From assembly GCA_902560675.1 (NCBI GenBank), contig CACEMP010000003.1, positions 13,512 to 77,511 on the forward strand: a DNA stretch of 64,000 nucleotides. Reading direction: 5' to 3'. The position numbers and the translations under genes are program-made. Positions 1 through 12,775 of the stretch are shown here, in pieces. Each line of letters starts with the position of its first letter. Within the stretch, counting starts at the first letter, position 1. The DNA is from an uncultured Alphaproteobacteria bacterium (GTDB lineage Bacteria; Pseudomonadota; Alphaproteobacteria; HIMB59; GCA-002718135). The notes beneath the pieces were generated by a model. The model was not told the origin of the DNA, made no database searches, and was given only the letters and a program-made list of their open reading frames with translations.

Positions 1-2372
1 ATAAGGTTTTGACCAAGAAAGAGGTAAGTAACATTATTGATGCTGTTTATAGATTTTGTGGACAAAAAGAAACTGTACTATTTGCAGATCATATAATGGA
101 AACCGGTTTCAAATATGCAGCTTTAGCAGGTATTTCTTTCGGCAAAGATGATTTAATTATCCCAATGGATAAACAAATGCTTTTGGACCAGACTCAATCA
201 AAGGTTCAAGAATACGAAAGTCAGTATCAAGATGGTTTAATTACACAGGGAGAAAAATATAATAAAGTTGTAGATGCTTGGTCGGAATGTACAAATAAAG
301 TAGCTGATAAAATGCTTGAAGTTATTTCTAGTCCATCCGACGATCAACCAATAAATTCAGTTTATATGATGGCCCACTCTGGTGCTAGGGGATCCGCCGC
401 TCAGCTGAAACAACTATCTGGTATGAGAGGTTTGATGGCAAAACCTTCTGGAGAAATTATTGAAAACCCAATAAAATCTAATTTTAAAGAAGGACTTTCT
501 GTTTTGGAATATTTTACTTCAACACACGGAGCAAGAAAAGGACTCGCAGATACAGCACTAAAAACTGCAAGCAGTGGCTATTTAACTAGAAGACTTGTTG
601 ACGTTGCACAAGATGCGGTAATTAGAGAACAAGATTGTAACACTAAAAATGGAGTTATGGTTGAAGAAATTGTAGAAGCTGGAAATGTAACTTCACCACT
701 TTCTGAGAGAATACTAGGCAGAACGCCAGTTGAAAATATATTGGATGAAGAAAATAATATTCTAGTTGAATCGGGGGAAATTATAACAGAACAACACTTA
801 GAAAAAATATCAAATCTTGGTTTGCGATCAATGAAGATAAGATCAGTTCTTACCTGTGAAACAGAAGATGGTATATGTGCAAAGTGCTATGGAAGAGACC
901 TAGCTAGAGGAACATCAGTAAATATTGGTGAAGCAGTTGGTATTATAGCTGCTCAATCAATTGGAGAGCCAGGTACACAATTGACAATGAGAACTTTTCA
1001 TATCGGAGGTGCGGCAAGCTCTTCTGTAGAGCAATCAAATGCAATATCACCTATTGAAGGAACAGTTAAGTATGAAAACGTAAAAATTATCAAAGACAAA
1101 TTTAAAAACCAAATTGTATTGAGTAGAAATGCAAAAATTAAAATTCTAAATAATGAAGACGAAAAATTTTCGTCTTTCATACCTTTTGGCGCAAAACTAT
1201 TAGTTAATGATAATGATAAAATAAAATCTAACCAAACTATAGCTGAATGGGATCCTTATACCTTACCAATAATTTCTGAAAAAAATGGTTATTCAAAATA
1301 TGTCGACTTAAAGCAGGGAGTTTCATTCAGAGAGTCAATTGACGACACTACTGGCATATCAAGCAAAGTTGTTATTGATTGGAGTCAAAACCAAAAAAGT
1401 AAAAATTTTAAACCTGCAATTAATATAGTTGAAAGTTTGGACGAAACTGACTCAGAGAATGTTATTTATTCAAACTATCCAATGTCAATAGATACAATAA
1501 TAAGTGTTGAAGAAGGTCAAGAGGTATTTGCTGGTCAGGTTCTTGCTAGAATACCAAAGGAGTCTTCTAAAACAAAAGATATAACTGGAGGTCTACCAAG
1601 AGTTGCAGAACTATTTGAAGCTAGAAAACCAAAAGATCCTGCAATAATGTGTGAGATAGATGGAAAAATTTCATTTGGAAAAGATTATAAAAATAAAAGA
1701 AGAGTTATAATTACTAGTATAGATGGCTCTGAGCAAATAGAATTACTGATTCCAAGATCTAAATATTTAAATGTTCAAGAAGATGATTTTGTAAAAAAAG
1801 GAGATATATTAGTTGAAGGAACACCTGTTCCCCATGATATACTTAGAATTCTAGGTGTTGAAGAACTAGCTAGATATTTAGTCAAGGAAGTTCAATCAGT
1901 ATATAAGCTTCAAGGAGTTTATATTAATGACAAACACATTGAAACTATTGCAAGACAAATGTTACAAAAGGTTTTAATAAAAGATCCAGGAGACTCTTCA
2001 TTGATGGTTGGAGAGCAAATCCATAGAAGAGATCTTATTAGTTTAAATAAAAAGTTAACTGCAGAGAAAAAAAATCCTATTAAATATGAGCCTGTCTTAC
2101 TAGGTATAACTAAAGCTAGTTTACAGACAAATTCCTTTATTTCTGCAGCATCTTTTCAGGAAACAACTAAAGTTCTTACCGATGCAGCTACTTTAGGAAA
2201 AGTTGATACACTTAATGGACTTAAAGAAAATGTCATTGTTGGCAGACTTATACCAGCTGGTACTGGAAGAATGACATCTGAATATGAAAAAATTGCTGCT
2301 GAAAAAGATAAGGAAATAATGATGCAGAATCAGTCCAAAATTGAAGAAAATACTGAAGAAAATATTGAATAA
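1..2372 (+). CDS. rpoC: RNA polymerase beta' subunit, C-terminal part (5'-truncated by window edge)
   Basis: Motifs [81 protein letters not shown]; frame is open to the window start. Confidence 0.99.
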   Translation, partial: KVLTKKEVSNIIDAVYRFCGQKETVLFADHIMETGFKYAALAGISFGKDDLIIPMDKQMLLDQTQSKVQEYESQYQDGLITQGEKYNKVVDAWSECTNKVADKMLEVISSPSDDQPINSVYMMAHSGARGSAAQLKQLSGMRGLMAKPSGEIIENPIKSNFKEGLSVLEYFTSTHGARKGLADTALKTASSGYLTRRLVDVAQDAVIREQDCNTKNGVMVEEIVEAGNVTSPLSERILGRTPVENILDEENNILVESGEIITEQHLEKISNLGLRSMKIRSVLTCETEDGICAKCYGRDLARGTSVNIGEAVGIIAAQSIGEPGTQLTMRTFHIGGAASSSVEQSNAISPIEGTVKYENVKIIKDKFKNQIVLSRNAKIKILNNEDEKFSSFIPFGAKLLVNDNDKIKSNQTIAEWDPYTLPIISEKNGYSKYVDLKQGVSFRESIDDTTGISSKVVIDWSQNQKSKNFKPAINIVESLDETDSENVIYSNYPMSIDTIISVEEGQEVFAGQVLARIPKESSKTKDITGGLPRVAELFEARKPKDPAIMCEIDGKISFGKDYKNKRRVIITSIDGSEQIELLIPRSKYLNVQEDDFVKKGDILVEGTPVPHDILRILGVEELARYLVKEVQSVYKLQGVYINDKHIETIARQMLQKVLIKDPGDSSLMVGEQIHRRDLISLNKKLTAEKKNPIKYEPVLLGITKASLQTNSFISAASFQETTKVLTDAATLGKVDTLNGLKENVIVGRLIPAGTGRMTSEYEKIAAEKDKEIMMQNQSKIEENTEENIE

Positions 2373-2386
2373 ATTAAGATATTTCC

Positions 2387-2415
2387 TTGACTTTCTCTAC
2401 CTGAGTTTATAAAGA
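2387..2415 (+). promoter_or_regulatory. Putative sigma70 promoter of the str operon
   Basis: TTGACT (2387-2392), 17-nt spacer, TAAAGA (2410-2415), upstream of rpsL. Confidence 0.55.
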
Positions 2416-2474
2416 CCCCTACGATTTGTTAAAGGTCGTGGATATTTTATCCAAACACTTAACTTGAGGAGAAG
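2416..2474 (+). promoter_or_regulatory. Structured rpsL 5' leader (putative r-protein autoregulatory RNA)
   Basis: Stem CTACGATTT(2419-2427)/AGGTCGTGG(2433-2441) with G-U pairs, second hairpin GGATA-TTT-TATCC (2440-2452), then SD GAGGAG. Confidence 0.5.
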
Positions 2475-2846
2475 ATGCCAACTATTAATCAATTGGTTAG
2501 AAAAGGTAGATCTACTATAAAAAAGAGGAACAAAGTTCCTGCTTTGGAAAGCAGTCCACAAAAAAGAGGAGTATGCACAAGAGTGTATACAACTACTCCA
2601 AAAAAACCAAACTCAGCTCTTAGAAAAGTAGCTCGTGTAAAACTTACTAATGGACAAGAGGTATCTGCTTACATTCCAGGTGAAGGACATAATCTGCAAG
2701 AACACTCGGTTGTTTTAATTAGAGGTGGAAGGGTTAAAGATCTTCCAGGAGTTAGGTACCACATTTTAAGAGGCACTCTTGATACCCAAGGAGTTAGTTC
2801 AAGAAAGCAAAGAAGGTCACTTTATGGTGCCAAAAGACCAAAATAA
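2475..2846 (+). CDS. rpsL: 30S ribosomal protein S12
   Basis: [36 protein letters not shown]. Confidence 0.99.
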   Translation: MPTINQLVRKGRSTIKKRNKVPALESSPQKRGVCTRVYTTTPKKPNSALRKVARVKLTNGQEVSAYIPGEGHNLQEHSVVLIRGGRVKDLPGVRYHILRGTLDTQGVSSRKQRRSLYGAKRPK

Positions 2847-2848
2847 TT

Positions 2849-3319
2849 ATGTCTAGAAGAAGAGCAGCAGAAAAAAGAAATATACTTCCAGACCATAAGT
2901 ATAAAGATTTAGTTTTAGCAAAATTTATGAACAGAATCATGAATGATGGGAAAAAATCTATATCTGAAAAAATAGTATATGGAGCCTTCGATATTGTTGC
3001 AAAAAAAACAGAAAAAAGTCCAATTGAATTTTTTCATGATGCACTCAATAATGTTAAGCCTTCATTAGAGGTTAGATCTAGAAGGGTAGGTGGCGCCACA
3101 TATCAAGTTCCAATGGAAGTAAGACCAAAACGCGCTCAAACTTTAGCAATGAAATGGATAGTTGACGCAGCTGTTAAGAGAAATGAAAAAACAATGAAAG
3201 AAAGAGTAGCTAATGAAATAGTTGATGCTTTTAATAATAAAGGTAATTCAGTTAAAAAGAGAGAAGAAACGCACAAAATGGCTGAAGCCAATAGAGCTTT
3301 TTCTCATTTTAGGTGGTAA
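2849..3319 (+). CDS. rpsG: 30S ribosomal protein S7
   Basis: [27 protein letters not shown]. Confidence 0.99.
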   Translation: MSRRRAAEKRNILPDHKYKDLVLAKFMNRIMNDGKKSISEKIVYGAFDIVAKKTEKSPIEFFHDALNNVKPSLEVRSRRVGGATYQVPMEVRPKRAQTLAMKWIVDAAVKRNEKTMKERVANEIVDAFNNKGNSVKKREETHKMAEANRAFSHFRW

Positions 3320-3321
3320 AG

Positions 3322-5400
3322 ATGTCTAGATCTCACAATTTATCTAAATATAGAAATATCGGAATTATGGCTCACATAGATGCTGGTAAAACAACAACTA
3401 CAGAGAGAATATTGTATTATACTGGGAAATCACACAAGATAGGTGAAGTGCACGATGGTGCAGCAACTATGGATTGGATGGAGCAGGAACAAGAAAGAGG
3501 AATTACAATAACTTCAGCAGCTACTACATGTTTTTGGAAAGATTATCGAATCAATATAATAGATACACCAGGACACGTAGATTTTACGATAGAAGTAGAA
3601 AGATCATTGAAAGTTCTTGATGGAGCCGTAGCCGTTTTTGATGGAGTTGCTGGAGTAGAGCCACAATCGGAAACAGTTTGGAGGCAAGCTGATAAATATA
3701 ATGTACCAAGAATGTGCTTTATTAATAAATTAGACAGAACAGGTGCAAATTTTTTTATGTGTGTTGATATGATAACTGAAAGGTTAGGCTCATACCCACT
3801 TGTAACACAATTACCAGTGGGTATTGAAAGTGACCTTAAAGGTGTTGTTGATTTAGTTAATAATAATGCAATTATTTGGCAAGACGAAAGCTTAGGTGCA
3901 AAATTTGATGTTGTCGATATTCCTGATGAACTTAAAGATCAGGCTAAAGAGTATAGAGAGAAACTTGTTGAGAAGGCAGTTGAAGAAGATGACAAGATAA
4001 TGGAAAAATACTTAGACGGTAAAGAACCCACTGTAGATGAGTTAAAAAAATGTATTAGAATAGGAACAATTAAAGGTTCGTTTGTGCCTGTTCTGACTGG
4101 TTCTGCATTTAAGAATAAAGGTGTTCAACCTTTATTAGATGCAGTTATTGATTACATGCCATCACCAGAAGATGTTGAGAGTGTTAAAGGTACAGATGTA
4201 AATGATTCCTCTAGTGAACTTTCAAGAAAATGTGATGATAATGAGCCTTTTAGTGCCCTTGCATTCAAAATAATGACTGACCCATTTGTAGGTAGTCTTA
4301 CATTTACAAGGATTTATTCAGGTTCAATTAATACAAAAGACTCCGTTTTAAATTCAAACTCAGGAAAAAAAGAAAATATCGGAAGAATGTTGTTAATGCA
4401 TGCAAACAATAGAGAGGAAATTAAGACCGCTAATGCAGGAGATATAGTTGCTTTAGTTGGTTTAAAGGAAGTAACCACTGGTGAGACATTGTGCGATATT
4501 AATAAGCCAATTGTTCTTGAACGAATGGATTTTCCTGATCCAGTTATAGAAGTTGCTGTTGAACCCAAAACTAAAGTAGATCATGAAAAAATGGGACAAG
4601 CACTTTCAAGATTAGCGCAAGAAGATCCAAGCTTCAGAGTTACTACCGACCATGAAAGTGGACAAACTATTATAAAAGGTATGGGCGAATTACACTTAGA
4701 AATTCTTGTCGATAGAATGAAAAGAGAATTTAAAGTAGAAGCAAATGTTGGAGCACCACAAGTAGCATACAGAGAAACAATTTCAAACTCATTTGATGTA
4801 GATTACACCCATAAAAAACAATCTGGAGGTGCAGGACAATTTGCCAGAGTAAAAATAAAATTTGAACCAGGAGAGCCAGGAAGTGGTTATGAATTTGTTA
4901 ACCAAATTAAAGGTGGAAATATTCCTACTGAACACATCCCTGGAGTTGAAAAAGGACTTATAGCTCAACAACAAACCGGAGTTATAGCAGGTTTCCCATG
5001 TATAGATTTTAAAGCAGTTTTATACGATGGTGCATACCATGATGTTGACTCAAGTGTTCTAGCCTTTGAAATTGCGGCCAGAGCAGCTTTCAGGGAGGGT
5101 ATAGCAAAAGCGAATCCTGTCTTACTTGAGCCAATGATGAAAGTTGAGGTTGTAACACCTGAAGAATATATGGGTGATGTTATTGGTGATCTAAATAGTA
5201 GAAGAGGTCAAGTTCAAGAAATGTCAACAAGAGGTAATGCAAATGTTGTTGATGCTATGGTTCCATTAGCCAACATGTTCGGTTATGTAAATAATCTTAG
5301 ATCTTTATCTCAAGGAAGAGCAAATTATACAATGCAATTTGATCATTACGAGCAAGTTCCTTCTAATGTTGCAGATGAAGTAAAGGCAAAGTTAGCTTAA
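3322..5400 (+). CDS. fusA: Elongation factor G
   Basis: [37 protein letters not shown]; start moved from GTG 3313 to ATG 3322. Confidence 0.99.
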   Translation: MSRSHNLSKYRNIGIMAHIDAGKTTTTERILYYTGKSHKIGEVHDGAATMDWMEQEQERGITITSAATTCFWKDYRINIIDTPGHVDFTIEVERSLKVLDGAVAVFDGVAGVEPQSETVWRQADKYNVPRMCFINKLDRTGANFFMCVDMITERLGSYPLVTQLPVGIESDLKGVVDLVNNNAIIWQDESLGAKFDVVDIPDELKDQAKEYREKLVEKAVEEDDKIMEKYLDGKEPTVDELKKCIRIGTIKGSFVPVLTGSAFKNKGVQPLLDAVIDYMPSPEDVESVKGTDVNDSSSELSRKCDDNEPFSALAFKIMTDPFVGSLTFTRIYSGSINTKDSVLNSNSGKKENIGRMLLMHANNREEIKTANAGDIVALVGLKEVTTGETLCDINKPIVLERMDFPDPVIEVAVEPKTKVDHEKMGQALSRLAQEDPSFRVTTDHESGQTIIKGMGELHLEILVDRMKREFKVEANVGAPQVAYRETISNSFDVDYTHKKQSGGAGQFARVKIKFEPGEPGSGYEFVNQIKGGNIPTEHIPGVEKGLIAQQQTGVIAGFPCIDFKAVLYDGAYHDVDSSVLAFEIAARAAFREGIAKANPVLLEPMMKVEVVTPEEYMGDVIGDLNSRRGQVQEMSTRGNANVVDAMVPLANMFGYVNNLRSLSQGRANYTMQFDHYEQVPSNVADEVKAKLA

Positions 5401-5708
5401 TGGAAAATCAAAATATAAGAATAAGACTAAGAGGGTTTGATAATAAATTATTAGACAGCAGCACTAATGATATAATTAATACTGCTAAAAGAACTGGAGC
5501 CAAAGTTAAAGGTCCAATCCCTCTGCCTACAAGATTTGAAAGATTTACTGTCAACAAATCGCCTCACGTTGATAAAAAAAGTAGAGATCAATTAGAAATT
5601 AGAACGCATAATCGCCTACTAGATATAATTGATCCAACCCCTCAAACTGTTGATGCCTTAATGAAACTTGATCTTTCAGCCGGTGTTGAAGTAGATATAA
5701 AGATTTAA
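5400..5708 (+). CDS. rpsJ: 30S ribosomal protein S10
   Basis: [27 protein letters not shown]; overlaps the fusA stop (TAATG). Confidence 0.99.
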   Translation: MENQNIRIRLRGFDNKLLDSSTNDIINTAKRTGAKVKGPIPLPTRFERFTVNKSPHVDKKSRDQLEIRTHNRLLDIIDPTPQTVDALMKLDLSAGVEVDIKI

Positions 5709-5709
5709 A

Positions 5710-6354
5710 ATGTTAAGATCTGGTTTAATAGCAAAAAAAATTGGGAATTCGTCTTACTTTAGTGAGAAAGGTGAAGCCACCAATGTAACTATTCTAAAGA
5801 TAGATGAATGTATTGTTTCAGGCATTAAAACTAATGAAAAAAATGGCTACACAGCCGTTCAACTTGCTAGCATTGATACAAAAAAAGATATAAATAAAAT
5901 CAACAAACCTCAAAGAAAATTATTTAGTTCAATTAATCTAAAACCAAAAAAAATTATTAAAGAATTTAGAGTGGATAATGAAAACATATTAGAAGTAGGA
6001 ACTAAACTTGATGTTTCACACTTTACAAAAAATCAATTTATAGATGCAAGTAGCTTTTCAATTGGAAAAGGATTTGCCGGTGTCATGAAACGTCACAATT
6101 TTGCTGGTTTACGTGCTTCACATGGTGTTTCAATCTCACATAGATCTCATGGTTCTACTGGACAAAATCAAGATCCAGGTCGTGTATTTAAAGGAAAGAA
6201 AATGGCTGGTAGAATGGGTTCAAAAAAAGTCACTAAACAAAATTTACAAGTTATTGATATAGACCAAAAAAACAATTTATTAGTTTTAAAAGGCTCAGTG
6301 CCTGGTAGAAAAAATTCAATCGTGTTTTTAAAAGATTCAGTAAAGAAAAAATAA
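5710..6354 (+). CDS. rplC: 50S ribosomal protein L3
   Basis: GKGFAGVMKRHNF, SHGVSISHRSHGSTGQ, PGRVFKGKKMAG. Confidence 0.98.
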   Translation: MLRSGLIAKKIGNSSYFSEKGEATNVTILKIDECIVSGIKTNEKNGYTAVQLASIDTKKDINKINKPQRKLFSSINLKPKKIIKEFRVDNENILEVGTKLDVSHFTKNQFIDASSFSIGKGFAGVMKRHNFAGLRASHGVSISHRSHGSTGQNQDPGRVFKGKKMAGRMGSKKVTKQNLQVIDIDQKNNLLVLKGSVPGRKNSIVFLKDSVKKK

Positions 6355-6355
6355 T

Positions 6356-6979
6356 ATGAAAAAACCAATTGTAAATTTAAATAATAAAGAAGTTGGCAAT
6401 TTAGAAATTGATGAAAAAATTTTTGGATTAAAGACATACCCAGATATTATTCATCACTATATTAGGTATCAAAATGCCAAAAATAGACAGGGATCTCATA
6501 AAACAAAATCAAGATCTGAGGTTAGCGGAAAGAGCAAAAAGCCTTTCTCTCAGAAAGGTACTGGTAATGCTAGGCAAGGAAGTAGTAAGCCACCTAACTT
6601 TAGGGGTGGAGCTGTAGCAATGGGTCCGCAAAACAGGGATTATACTTTTAAGCTAAATAAAAAAGAAAAAATGTTAGCTATTAGATCAGCTCTTTCAACA
6701 AAATTATTGGATAATCAATTATTATTTATAGATACATTTAAGTTAGACAACCATAAGACTAAAGAATTAGATAAATCACTTAAAAATTTTGAATATACTT
6801 CTGCGTTATTTATTTATTCTGAAAATGGAATAGATAAAAATTTTAAACTTGCTTCATCTAATATACCAAGAGTATCGGTTCTAAATCAAAAAGGTTTAAA
6901 TGTTAGAGATTTAATTAATAATGATAAAGTCTTTATCGAGAAAAATACTGTAGAAGAATTATCAAAGAGGCTTGCATGA
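6356..6979 (+). CDS. rplD: 50S ribosomal protein L4
   Basis: RQGSHKTKSRSEVSG, QKGTGNARQGS. Confidence 0.98.
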   Translation: MKKPIVNLNNKEVGNLEIDEKIFGLKTYPDIIHHYIRYQNAKNRQGSHKTKSRSEVSGKSKKPFSQKGTGNARQGSSKPPNFRGGAVAMGPQNRDYTFKLNKKEKMLAIRSALSTKLLDNQLLFIDTFKLDNHKTKELDKSLKNFEYTSALFIYSENGIDKNFKLASSNIPRVSVLNQKGLNVRDLINNDKVFIEKNTVEELSKRLA

Positions 6980-7293
6980 GAAAATTACATAAAGAAATAT
7001 CATCTGAGCGCGCATTGAGTATAATAAAAAGACCTATAACCACTGAAAAATCTACAAATCTTCAACAATTTAATCAGTATACATTTATGGTATCAAAAGA
7101 TTCTAATTCAAATGAAATTAAACAAGCTATTGAAAAAATCTTTAAAGTAAAGGTTACAAAAATTAATACTTCAATTAGTAGAGGAAAATTAAAATCATTT
7201 AAAGGTAATATTGGATTTAGGAATGATTTTAAAAAAGCAGTCATTACTCTAAAAGAAGGTAATACTATTGATCCCTCACTGGAGATTAAATAA
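6976..7293 (+). CDS. rplW: 50S ribosomal protein L23
   Basis: [28 protein letters not shown]; operon position. Confidence 0.96.
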   Translation: MRKLHKEISSERALSIIKRPITTEKSTNLQQFNQYTFMVSKDSNSNEIKQAIEKIFKVKVTKINTSISRGKLKSFKGNIGFRNDFKKAVITLKEGNTIDPSLEIK

Positions 7294-8114
7294 TGTTGAA
7301 TAAATTTAAACCAGTTACACCAGGCTTAAGAGGAACAGTATTAGTTTCAAAAAGACATCTATCAAAAGAAAAGCCTGTAAAATATTTAACCAGACCTATC
7401 GTTTCATCAGGAGGTAGGAATAATCAAGGAAGGATAACCTCCAGAAGAATGGGCGGAGGTGTAAAAAGAAAATACAGATTAATTGATTTTAAAAGAAATA
7501 AAATAAATGTTGAAGCAGAAGTAATAAGAAACGAATATGATCCAAATAGATCAGCATTTATTTCTCTCCTAAAATATGATGACGGCCAATTGAGTTACAT
7601 CATTTCTCCTAAAAATTTAAAAATTGGAGATAAGTTAGTATCTGGTGAAGACGTAGAGATAAAAAATGGAAATTGTCTTCCGATCAAAAATATACCTATT
7701 GGTACAAATATACATAACGTTGAGTTAAAACCTGGTGCTGGGGCACAGCTTGTCAGATCTGCCGGATCCTCCGCACAAATTGTCTCTAAAGAAGATCCAT
7801 TTGTTCAAGTTAAATTAGTATCAGGAGAAATAAGACATATTAATAAAAATTCTAGAGCAACTATTGGAGAAGTTTCTAATCCTGACCAAAAAAATATAAA
7901 ATTAGGTAAAGCTGGAAGAAAAAGATATTTAGGTTTCAGACCTAAAGTTAGAGGTGTGGTTATGAATCCAGTTGATCATCCTCACGGAGGTGGTGAAGGT
8001 CGGACATCTGGTGGAAGAAATCCAGTTACTCCTTGGGGTGTGTCTACTAAAGGTAAAAAAACTCGAAATAACAAGAAAACAAATGTTTTCATAATTAAAA
8101 GAAGGAAAAAATAA
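7293..8114 (+). CDS. rplB: 50S ribosomal protein L2
   Basis: [35 protein letters not shown]. Confidence 0.99.
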   Translation: MLNKFKPVTPGLRGTVLVSKRHLSKEKPVKYLTRPIVSSGGRNNQGRITSRRMGGGVKRKYRLIDFKRNKINVEAEVIRNEYDPNRSAFISLLKYDDGQLSYIISPKNLKIGDKLVSGEDVEIKNGNCLPIKNIPIGTNIHNVELKPGAGAQLVRSAGSSAQIVSKEDPFVQVKLVSGEIRHINKNSRATIGEVSNPDQKNIKLGKAGRKRYLGFRPKVRGVVMNPVDHPHGGGEGRTSGGRNPVTPWGVSTKGKKTRNNKKTNVFIIKRRKK

Positions 8115-8395
8115 TGACACGTTCTATCTGGAAAGGACCTTTTGTAGATAATCAGCTAATTAAAAAGGCTGAAAAATCTCTTCAGTCTGGACGAAAAGAA
8201 GTAATAAAGACTTGGTCAAGAAGATCAACCATACTTCCACAATTTGTTGGACTTACTTTTGGAGTTTATAATGGACAAAAATTTGTGCCAGTAACAATAA
8301 ATGAGCAAATGGTTGGACACAAACTTGGTGAATTTTCTCCTACTAGAAATTTTAAAGGACACACCGCAGCTGACAAAAAGGCAGAACAAAAATGA
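8114..8395 (+). CDS. rpsS: 30S ribosomal protein S19
   Basis: [30 protein letters not shown]. Confidence 0.99.
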   Translation: MTRSIWKGPFVDNQLIKKAEKSLQSGRKEVIKTWSRRSTILPQFVGLTFGVYNGQKFVPVTINEQMVGHKLGEFSPTRNFKGHTAADKKAEQK

Positions 8396-8760
8396 GCAAT
8401 AATTTAAAAGCTATAGCAAGAGATAACATGATGAGAATCAGTCCTACAAAATTATCAATATTAGCTAATAGTATTGTTAACAAAAAAGCATCAACTGCAG
8501 TTAATCAACTTAAATTTTCTCAAAAAAGAATTTCAAAAAATGTATTAAAAGTTTTAAACGCAGCAATAGCTAATGCTGAAAACAATAAACAACTTGATAT
8601 TGATAAACTATTTATTAAAGAGGCATATGTTGGAAAAAGTTTAAGAATGAAAAGATGGAGACCAAGAGCTAAAGGTAGAGCTGGATCAATAATCAAACCA
8701 TTCAGTAAAATAACAATAATTGTTGAAGAAAGACAATCAAAAGTAAAGGAAACAAAATAA
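8392..8760 (+). CDS. rplV: 50S ribosomal protein L22
   Basis: [26 protein letters not shown]. Confidence 0.98.
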   Translation: MSNNLKAIARDNMMRISPTKLSILANSIVNKKASTAVNQLKFSQKRISKNVLKVLNAAIANAENNKQLDIDKLFIKEAYVGKSLRMKRWRPRAKGRAGSIIKPFSKITIIVEERQSKVKETK

Positions 8761-9437
8761 TGGGTCAAAAAGTAAATCCTCATGGTATCAGACTAGGAAT
8801 AAACAAAACTTGGTCTTCAAGATGGTTTTCTAAAAAAGAATATACCAACCTTCTTCATCAAGATTTGAAAATTAAAAACTATGTTGCTGAAAAATTAAAA
8901 AGTGCCAGTATTTCAAAAATCAATATTGAGAGAGCTGCAAAAAAACTAAGGTTATCAATATATAGCTCAAGACCGGGAATAATTATTGGAAAAAAAGGTG
9001 CTGATATTGAGACTTTGAAAAATAAATTATCTAAAATGTCAAATTTAGAAGTATTCTTAGATATAAAAGAGATTAGGAAGCCAGAAGTTGAAGCTAAATT
9101 AGTAGCTGAAAATATAGCCAATCAACTTGAAAAAAGAATATCATTTAGAAGAGCAATGAAAAAAGCAGTTCAATCAGCAATAAGACTCGGAGCTAAAGGT
9201 GTCAAAGTTGTTTGTAGTGGAAGATTAGGTGGAGCAGAAATAGCTAGAACAGAAAAATACCATGAAGGTAGTGTTCCTCTTCATACTCTTAGAGGTGATA
9301 TTGATTATGCTACTGCTGAAGCTGAAACAACATACGGTATTTGTGGTATTAAAGTTTGGATAAATAAAGGTGAAATATTAGCAAAAGACCCCTATGCAAG
9401 TGAAAAGAAACAAATAGATCAAGGGAGTGTTAGATAA
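8760..9437 (+). CDS. rpsC: 30S ribosomal protein S3
   Basis: [36 protein letters not shown]. Confidence 0.99.
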   Translation: MGQKVNPHGIRLGINKTWSSRWFSKKEYTNLLHQDLKIKNYVAEKLKSASISKINIERAAKKLRLSIYSSRPGIIIGKKGADIETLKNKLSKMSNLEVFLDIKEIRKPEVEAKLVAENIANQLEKRISFRRAMKKAVQSAIRLGAKGVKVVCSGRLGGAEIARTEKYHEGSVPLHTLRGDIDYATAEAETTYGICGIKVWINKGEILAKDPYASEKKQIDQGSVR

Positions 9438-9853
9438 TGAACATGTTATCACCAAAAAAAACAAAATATAGAAAACAATTTAAAGGCAGAATACATGGAA
9501 ACTCTAAGGGAAATTTTGCTCTTACATACGGAAGTTTTGGTTTGAAAGCAATGGAGCCAGAAAGAGTAACTTCTAGACAAATTGAGGCCGCAAGAAAAGC
9601 TATTACAAGATATCTTAAAAGAGCTGGAAGAATGTGGATTAGAGTATTTCCAGATGTGCCAGTTTCTAAAAAACCTGCTGAAGTAAGAATGGGAAAAGGA
9701 AAAGGTTCAGTTGAATATTGGGCTTGTAGAATAAAACCCGGAAGAATAATGTTTGAAGTTGATGGTGTTGACGTAAATGACGCAAGAAAGGCTATGACAC
9801 TAGCTGCAGCAAAACTACCAATAAAATGTAAATTTGTTGAGAGAAATATATGA
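9437..9853 (+). CDS. rplP: 50S ribosomal protein L16 (alternative start ATG 9443)
   Basis: [32 protein letters not shown]. Confidence 0.99.
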   Translation: MNMLSPKKTKYRKQFKGRIHGNSKGNFALTYGSFGLKAMEPERVTSRQIEAARKAITRYLKRAGRMWIRVFPDVPVSKKPAEVRMGKGKGSVEYWACRIKPGRIMFEVDGVDVNDARKAMTLAAAKLPIKCKFVERNI

Positions 9854-10050
9854 TAGAAAAAGCAACAAAAAAAATGAATTCAAAACAATTAAAAGAAGAA
9901 ATTTATAAAAATAAAAAGGATCTCTTAAATTTTAATTTTCAGAAATCTACTGGACAATTAGAAAAAACACACGAAATAAGAAAAACAAAAAAAACAATAG
10001 CACGTTTAAAAACGGAATTTACAAAAACTATGAGGGAAGAAAATGCCTAA
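9850..10050 (+). CDS. rpmC: 50S ribosomal protein L29
   Basis: [23 protein letters not shown]; operon position. Confidence 0.93.
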   Translation: MIEKATKKMNSKQLKEEIYKNKKDLLNFNFQKSTGQLEKTHEIRKTKKTIARLKTEFTKTMREENA

Positions 10051-10285
10051 GAGAACTTTAACTGGGAAAGTAGTTTCTTCAAACGCAAATAAAACTATCG
10101 TTGTTCAAGTTACGAGAAGAGTCAAACATAAACTATACAAAAAAATAATTAGTAGATCAAAAAAATATCATGTTCATGATGAAGAAAACAAATTTAATGT
10201 AGGTGATATCGTATCAATAATTGAACATAAGCCGATATCAAAAACTAAATCATGGATTGTTTTAAACAATGATGGAGCAAAATAA
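10043..10285 (+). CDS. rpsQ: 30S ribosomal protein S17
   Basis: [26 protein letters not shown]. Confidence 0.98.
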   Translation: MPKRTLTGKVVSSNANKTIVVQVTRRVKHKLYKKIISRSKKYHVHDEENKFNVGDIVSIIEHKPISKTKSWIVLNNDGAK

Positions 10286-10653
10286 TGATACAAATGCAAT
10301 CTAACCTTTTTGTTGCTGATAATTCTGGAGCAAGAAAAATACAGTGCATCAAGGTATTGGGAGGCTCTAAAAGGAGATTTGCATCTATAGGAGATATAAT
10401 TGTTGTATCTATAAAAGATGCTATTCCTAAAGCAAAAGTTAAAAAAGGTGATGTATATAAAGCAGTTATAGTTAGAACTTCTAAAGATTTCAAAAGATCA
10501 GATGGAACTTCAATTAGATTTGATAAAAATGCTGCTGTTATCTTGGATAAACAAGAAGAACCAATTGCTACAAGAATTTTTGGTCCTGTAACTAGAGAGC
10601 TTAGGAGTAAAAAATTTATGAAAATAATAAGTCTAGCACCAGAGGTACTATGA
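10285..10653 (+). CDS. rplN: 50S ribosomal protein L14
   Basis: [31 protein letters not shown]. Confidence 0.99.
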   Translation: MIQMQSNLFVADNSGARKIQCIKVLGGSKRRFASIGDIIVVSIKDAIPKAKVKKGDVYKAVIVRTSKDFKRSDGTSIRFDKNAAVILDKQEEPIATRIFGPVTRELRSKKFMKIISLAPEVL

Positions 10654-10970
10654 TGTCACAGAAAATCAAACTGAGGAAAGGTGATGAGGTTCTTGTATTA
10701 GCTGGTAAGGATAAAGGAAAAAAAGGCAAAATAATAAAAATTTTACCTAAAGTTAATAAAGCAATAGTATCAGATATAAATAAAGTTAAGAAAAATCAAA
10801 AGCCCGATAATAATCAGGCTGGGGGCATAGTAGATAAAGAAATGCCTATTCAGTTATCAAATTTAGCTTTTTTTGATTCAGTACTTAATAAAGGTATAAA
10901 AATTGGTTACAAATTTATTAAAGAGAAAAAAGTTAGAATTAATAGAAAATCTGGCAAGGAAATAAAATGA
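10650..10970 (+). CDS. rplX: 50S ribosomal protein L24
   Basis: KOW motif [27 protein letters not shown]. Confidence 0.97.
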   Translation: MMSQKIKLRKGDEVLVLAGKDKGKKGKIIKILPKVNKAIVSDINKVKKNQKPDNNQAGGIVDKEMPIQLSNLAFFDSVLNKGIKIGYKFIKEKKVRINRKSGKEIK

Positions 10971-11518
10971 GTAGACTATTAGAAATGTATAAGACTACTT
11001 TAAGGCCTGAGCTTATGTCTAAATTAAAACTTAGTAATATGTATGAAGTTCCAAAAATTGAAAAAATAATCCTTAATATGGGTATTGGTGAGGGAAAAGA
11101 TGATAGCAAATTAATAGATAAAGCAGTTGAGGATCTTTCATTAATCGCTGGTCAAAAAGCAGTTAAAACAAAAGCAAGAAAAGCAATTGCAGGTTTCAAA
11201 ATTAGAGCTGGAATGCCTCTTGGCGCGATGGTCACCCTTAGAAACAAAATTATGTATGAATTTTTAGATAGATTAATTAATATAGCTATTCCAAGAATTA
11301 GAGATTTTAGAGGACTTAACCCAAACAGTTTTGATGGTAATGGAAATTATTCCTTTGGAATAAAGGAACACATTATCTTTCCAGAAATAAATTTTGATAA
11401 GATCGAGAAAGTAAGAGGATTAGACATAACTATTTGCACCACATCAAAGCAAAACAAAGATGCGTTAGAATTACTAAAAACATTTAATATGCCTTTTACA
11501 AGCAATAAAGAAAATTAG
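10967..11518 (+). CDS. rplE: 50S ribosomal protein L5
   Basis: [29 protein letters not shown]. Confidence 0.99.
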   Translation: MSRLLEMYKTTLRPELMSKLKLSNMYEVPKIEKIILNMGIGEGKDDSKLIDKAVEDLSLIAGQKAVKTKARKAIAGFKIRAGMPLGAMVTLRNKIMYEFLDRLINIAIPRIRDFRGLNPNSFDGNGNYSFGIKEHIIFPEINFDKIEKVRGLDITICTTSKQNKDALELLKTFNMPFTSNKEN

Positions 11519-11525
11519 GAGAAAT

Positions 11526-11831
11526 ATGGCAAAGTCAAGCTCAGTACAAAAAAATCTTAACAGGTTAAAATTAATAAAAAAACTTAGTGAAAAAAGAAAA
11601 ATTTTAAAATCTAAAATTATGGATAAAAATTTATCTTTAGAAGAAAGATTACAATTTCAAAATAAATTGAATGATCTTCCAAGAAATAGTTCATCGATCA
11701 GACATAGAAATAGATGTGAAATAACTGGAAGACCAAGAGGGAATTATAGAAAATTTGGTTTATCTAGAATCAAAATTAGGGAATTATCAATGACTGGAGA
11801 TTTACCAGGAGTTGTTAAATCAAGTTGGTAG
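11526..11831 (+). CDS. rpsN: 30S ribosomal protein S14 (long, zinc-independent form)
   Basis: 101 aa; [28 protein letters not shown]; only one Cys. Confidence 0.97.
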   Translation: MAKSSSVQKNLNRLKLIKKLSEKRKILKSKIMDKNLSLEERLQFQNKLNDLPRNSSSIRHRNRCEITGRPRGNYRKFGLSRIKIRELSMTGDLPGVVKSSW

Positions 11832-11839
11832 GAGATTTT

Positions 11840-12238
11840 ATGGCTTTTAATGATGCATTATCGGATATGTTAGCAAGGATTAAAAATGCTCACAATGCTA
11901 AAAAATTACAAACATCATGTTTTAATTCAAAACTCAATATGAATGTTCTTTCTGTGCTTAAAGCAGAGGGGTATATAAGAGATTTTAAAAATATAGATGA
12001 TAGAAAAGGTGTAAGTACAATAAAAATAGAACTAAAATATTACAATGGCGACCCTGTTATAAAAAAAATAAAAAGAATTTCAAAACCTGGAATAAGAGTT
12101 TATTCAAAAATTTCTGAACTTGAAAAACCTTATGGTGGACTAGGAATATCAATAATTTCAACACCCAAAGGTGTTATGTCAGATCAGCAAGCTAGAAAAA
12201 ATAATGTTGGTGGTGAAATTCTTTGTGAGGTTTTTTAA
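11840..12238 (+). CDS. rpsH: 30S ribosomal protein S8
   Basis: DALSDMLARIKNA, RISKPGIRVY, GGEILCEVF; ATG 11840 follows SD AGGAG. Confidence 0.98.
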   Translation: MAFNDALSDMLARIKNAHNAKKLQTSCFNSKLNMNVLSVLKAEGYIRDFKNIDDRKGVSTIKIELKYYNGDPVIKKIKRISKPGIRVYSKISELEKPYGGLGISIISTPKGVMSDQQARKNNVGGEILCEVF

Positions 12239-12771
12239 TGTCAAGAATAGCTAAAAATAGTATTAAAATTAATAAAGACATTAATTGTAATTTTGCTCAA
12301 GGAATATTTTTAGCTAAAGGTCGATTAGGTGAAATGCAAATTACTATCAACAGTAATCTTTCAGTAGAAATAAGTGAAGATACAGTTAGTATTATTCCTA
12401 AAGATGAAAAAATTAAAAAAGATCCGATTTGGGGAACCACAAGATCACTTGTGGCCAATATTATACAAGGTGTATCTGAAGGTTTTAGTAAAACACTTGA
12501 GTTAAATGGTACAGGTTATAGAGCCAGTGTATCAGGGTCTACCTTAAAACTCCAACTTGGATACAGTCATGACATTAATTTTCAAATACCAAAAGAAGTT
12601 AAAATAGAGTGCCCTAAACAAAACATTATAAAACTATCAAGTTTTGATAAAGAAAAATTAGGAGAGGCGGCAGCAAAAATTAGATCATTTAGAAAACCTG
12701 AACCATTTAAAGGTAAAGGCATAAAATATAGTAATGAATTTATTTTTAGAAAAGAAGGAAAGAAAAAATAA
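12238..12771 (+). CDS. rplF: 50S ribosomal protein L6
   Basis: MSRIAK, GTGYRA, LGYSH, RKPEPFKGKGI. Confidence 0.98.
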   Translation: MSRIAKNSIKINKDINCNFAQGIFLAKGRLGEMQITINSNLSVEISEDTVSIIPKDEKIKKDPIWGTTRSLVANIIQGVSEGFSKTLELNGTGYRASVSGSTLKLQLGYSHDINFQIPKEVKIECPKQNIIKLSSFDKEKLGEAAAKIRSFRKPEPFKGKGIKYSNEFIFRKEGKKK

Positions 12772-12775
12772 AATT

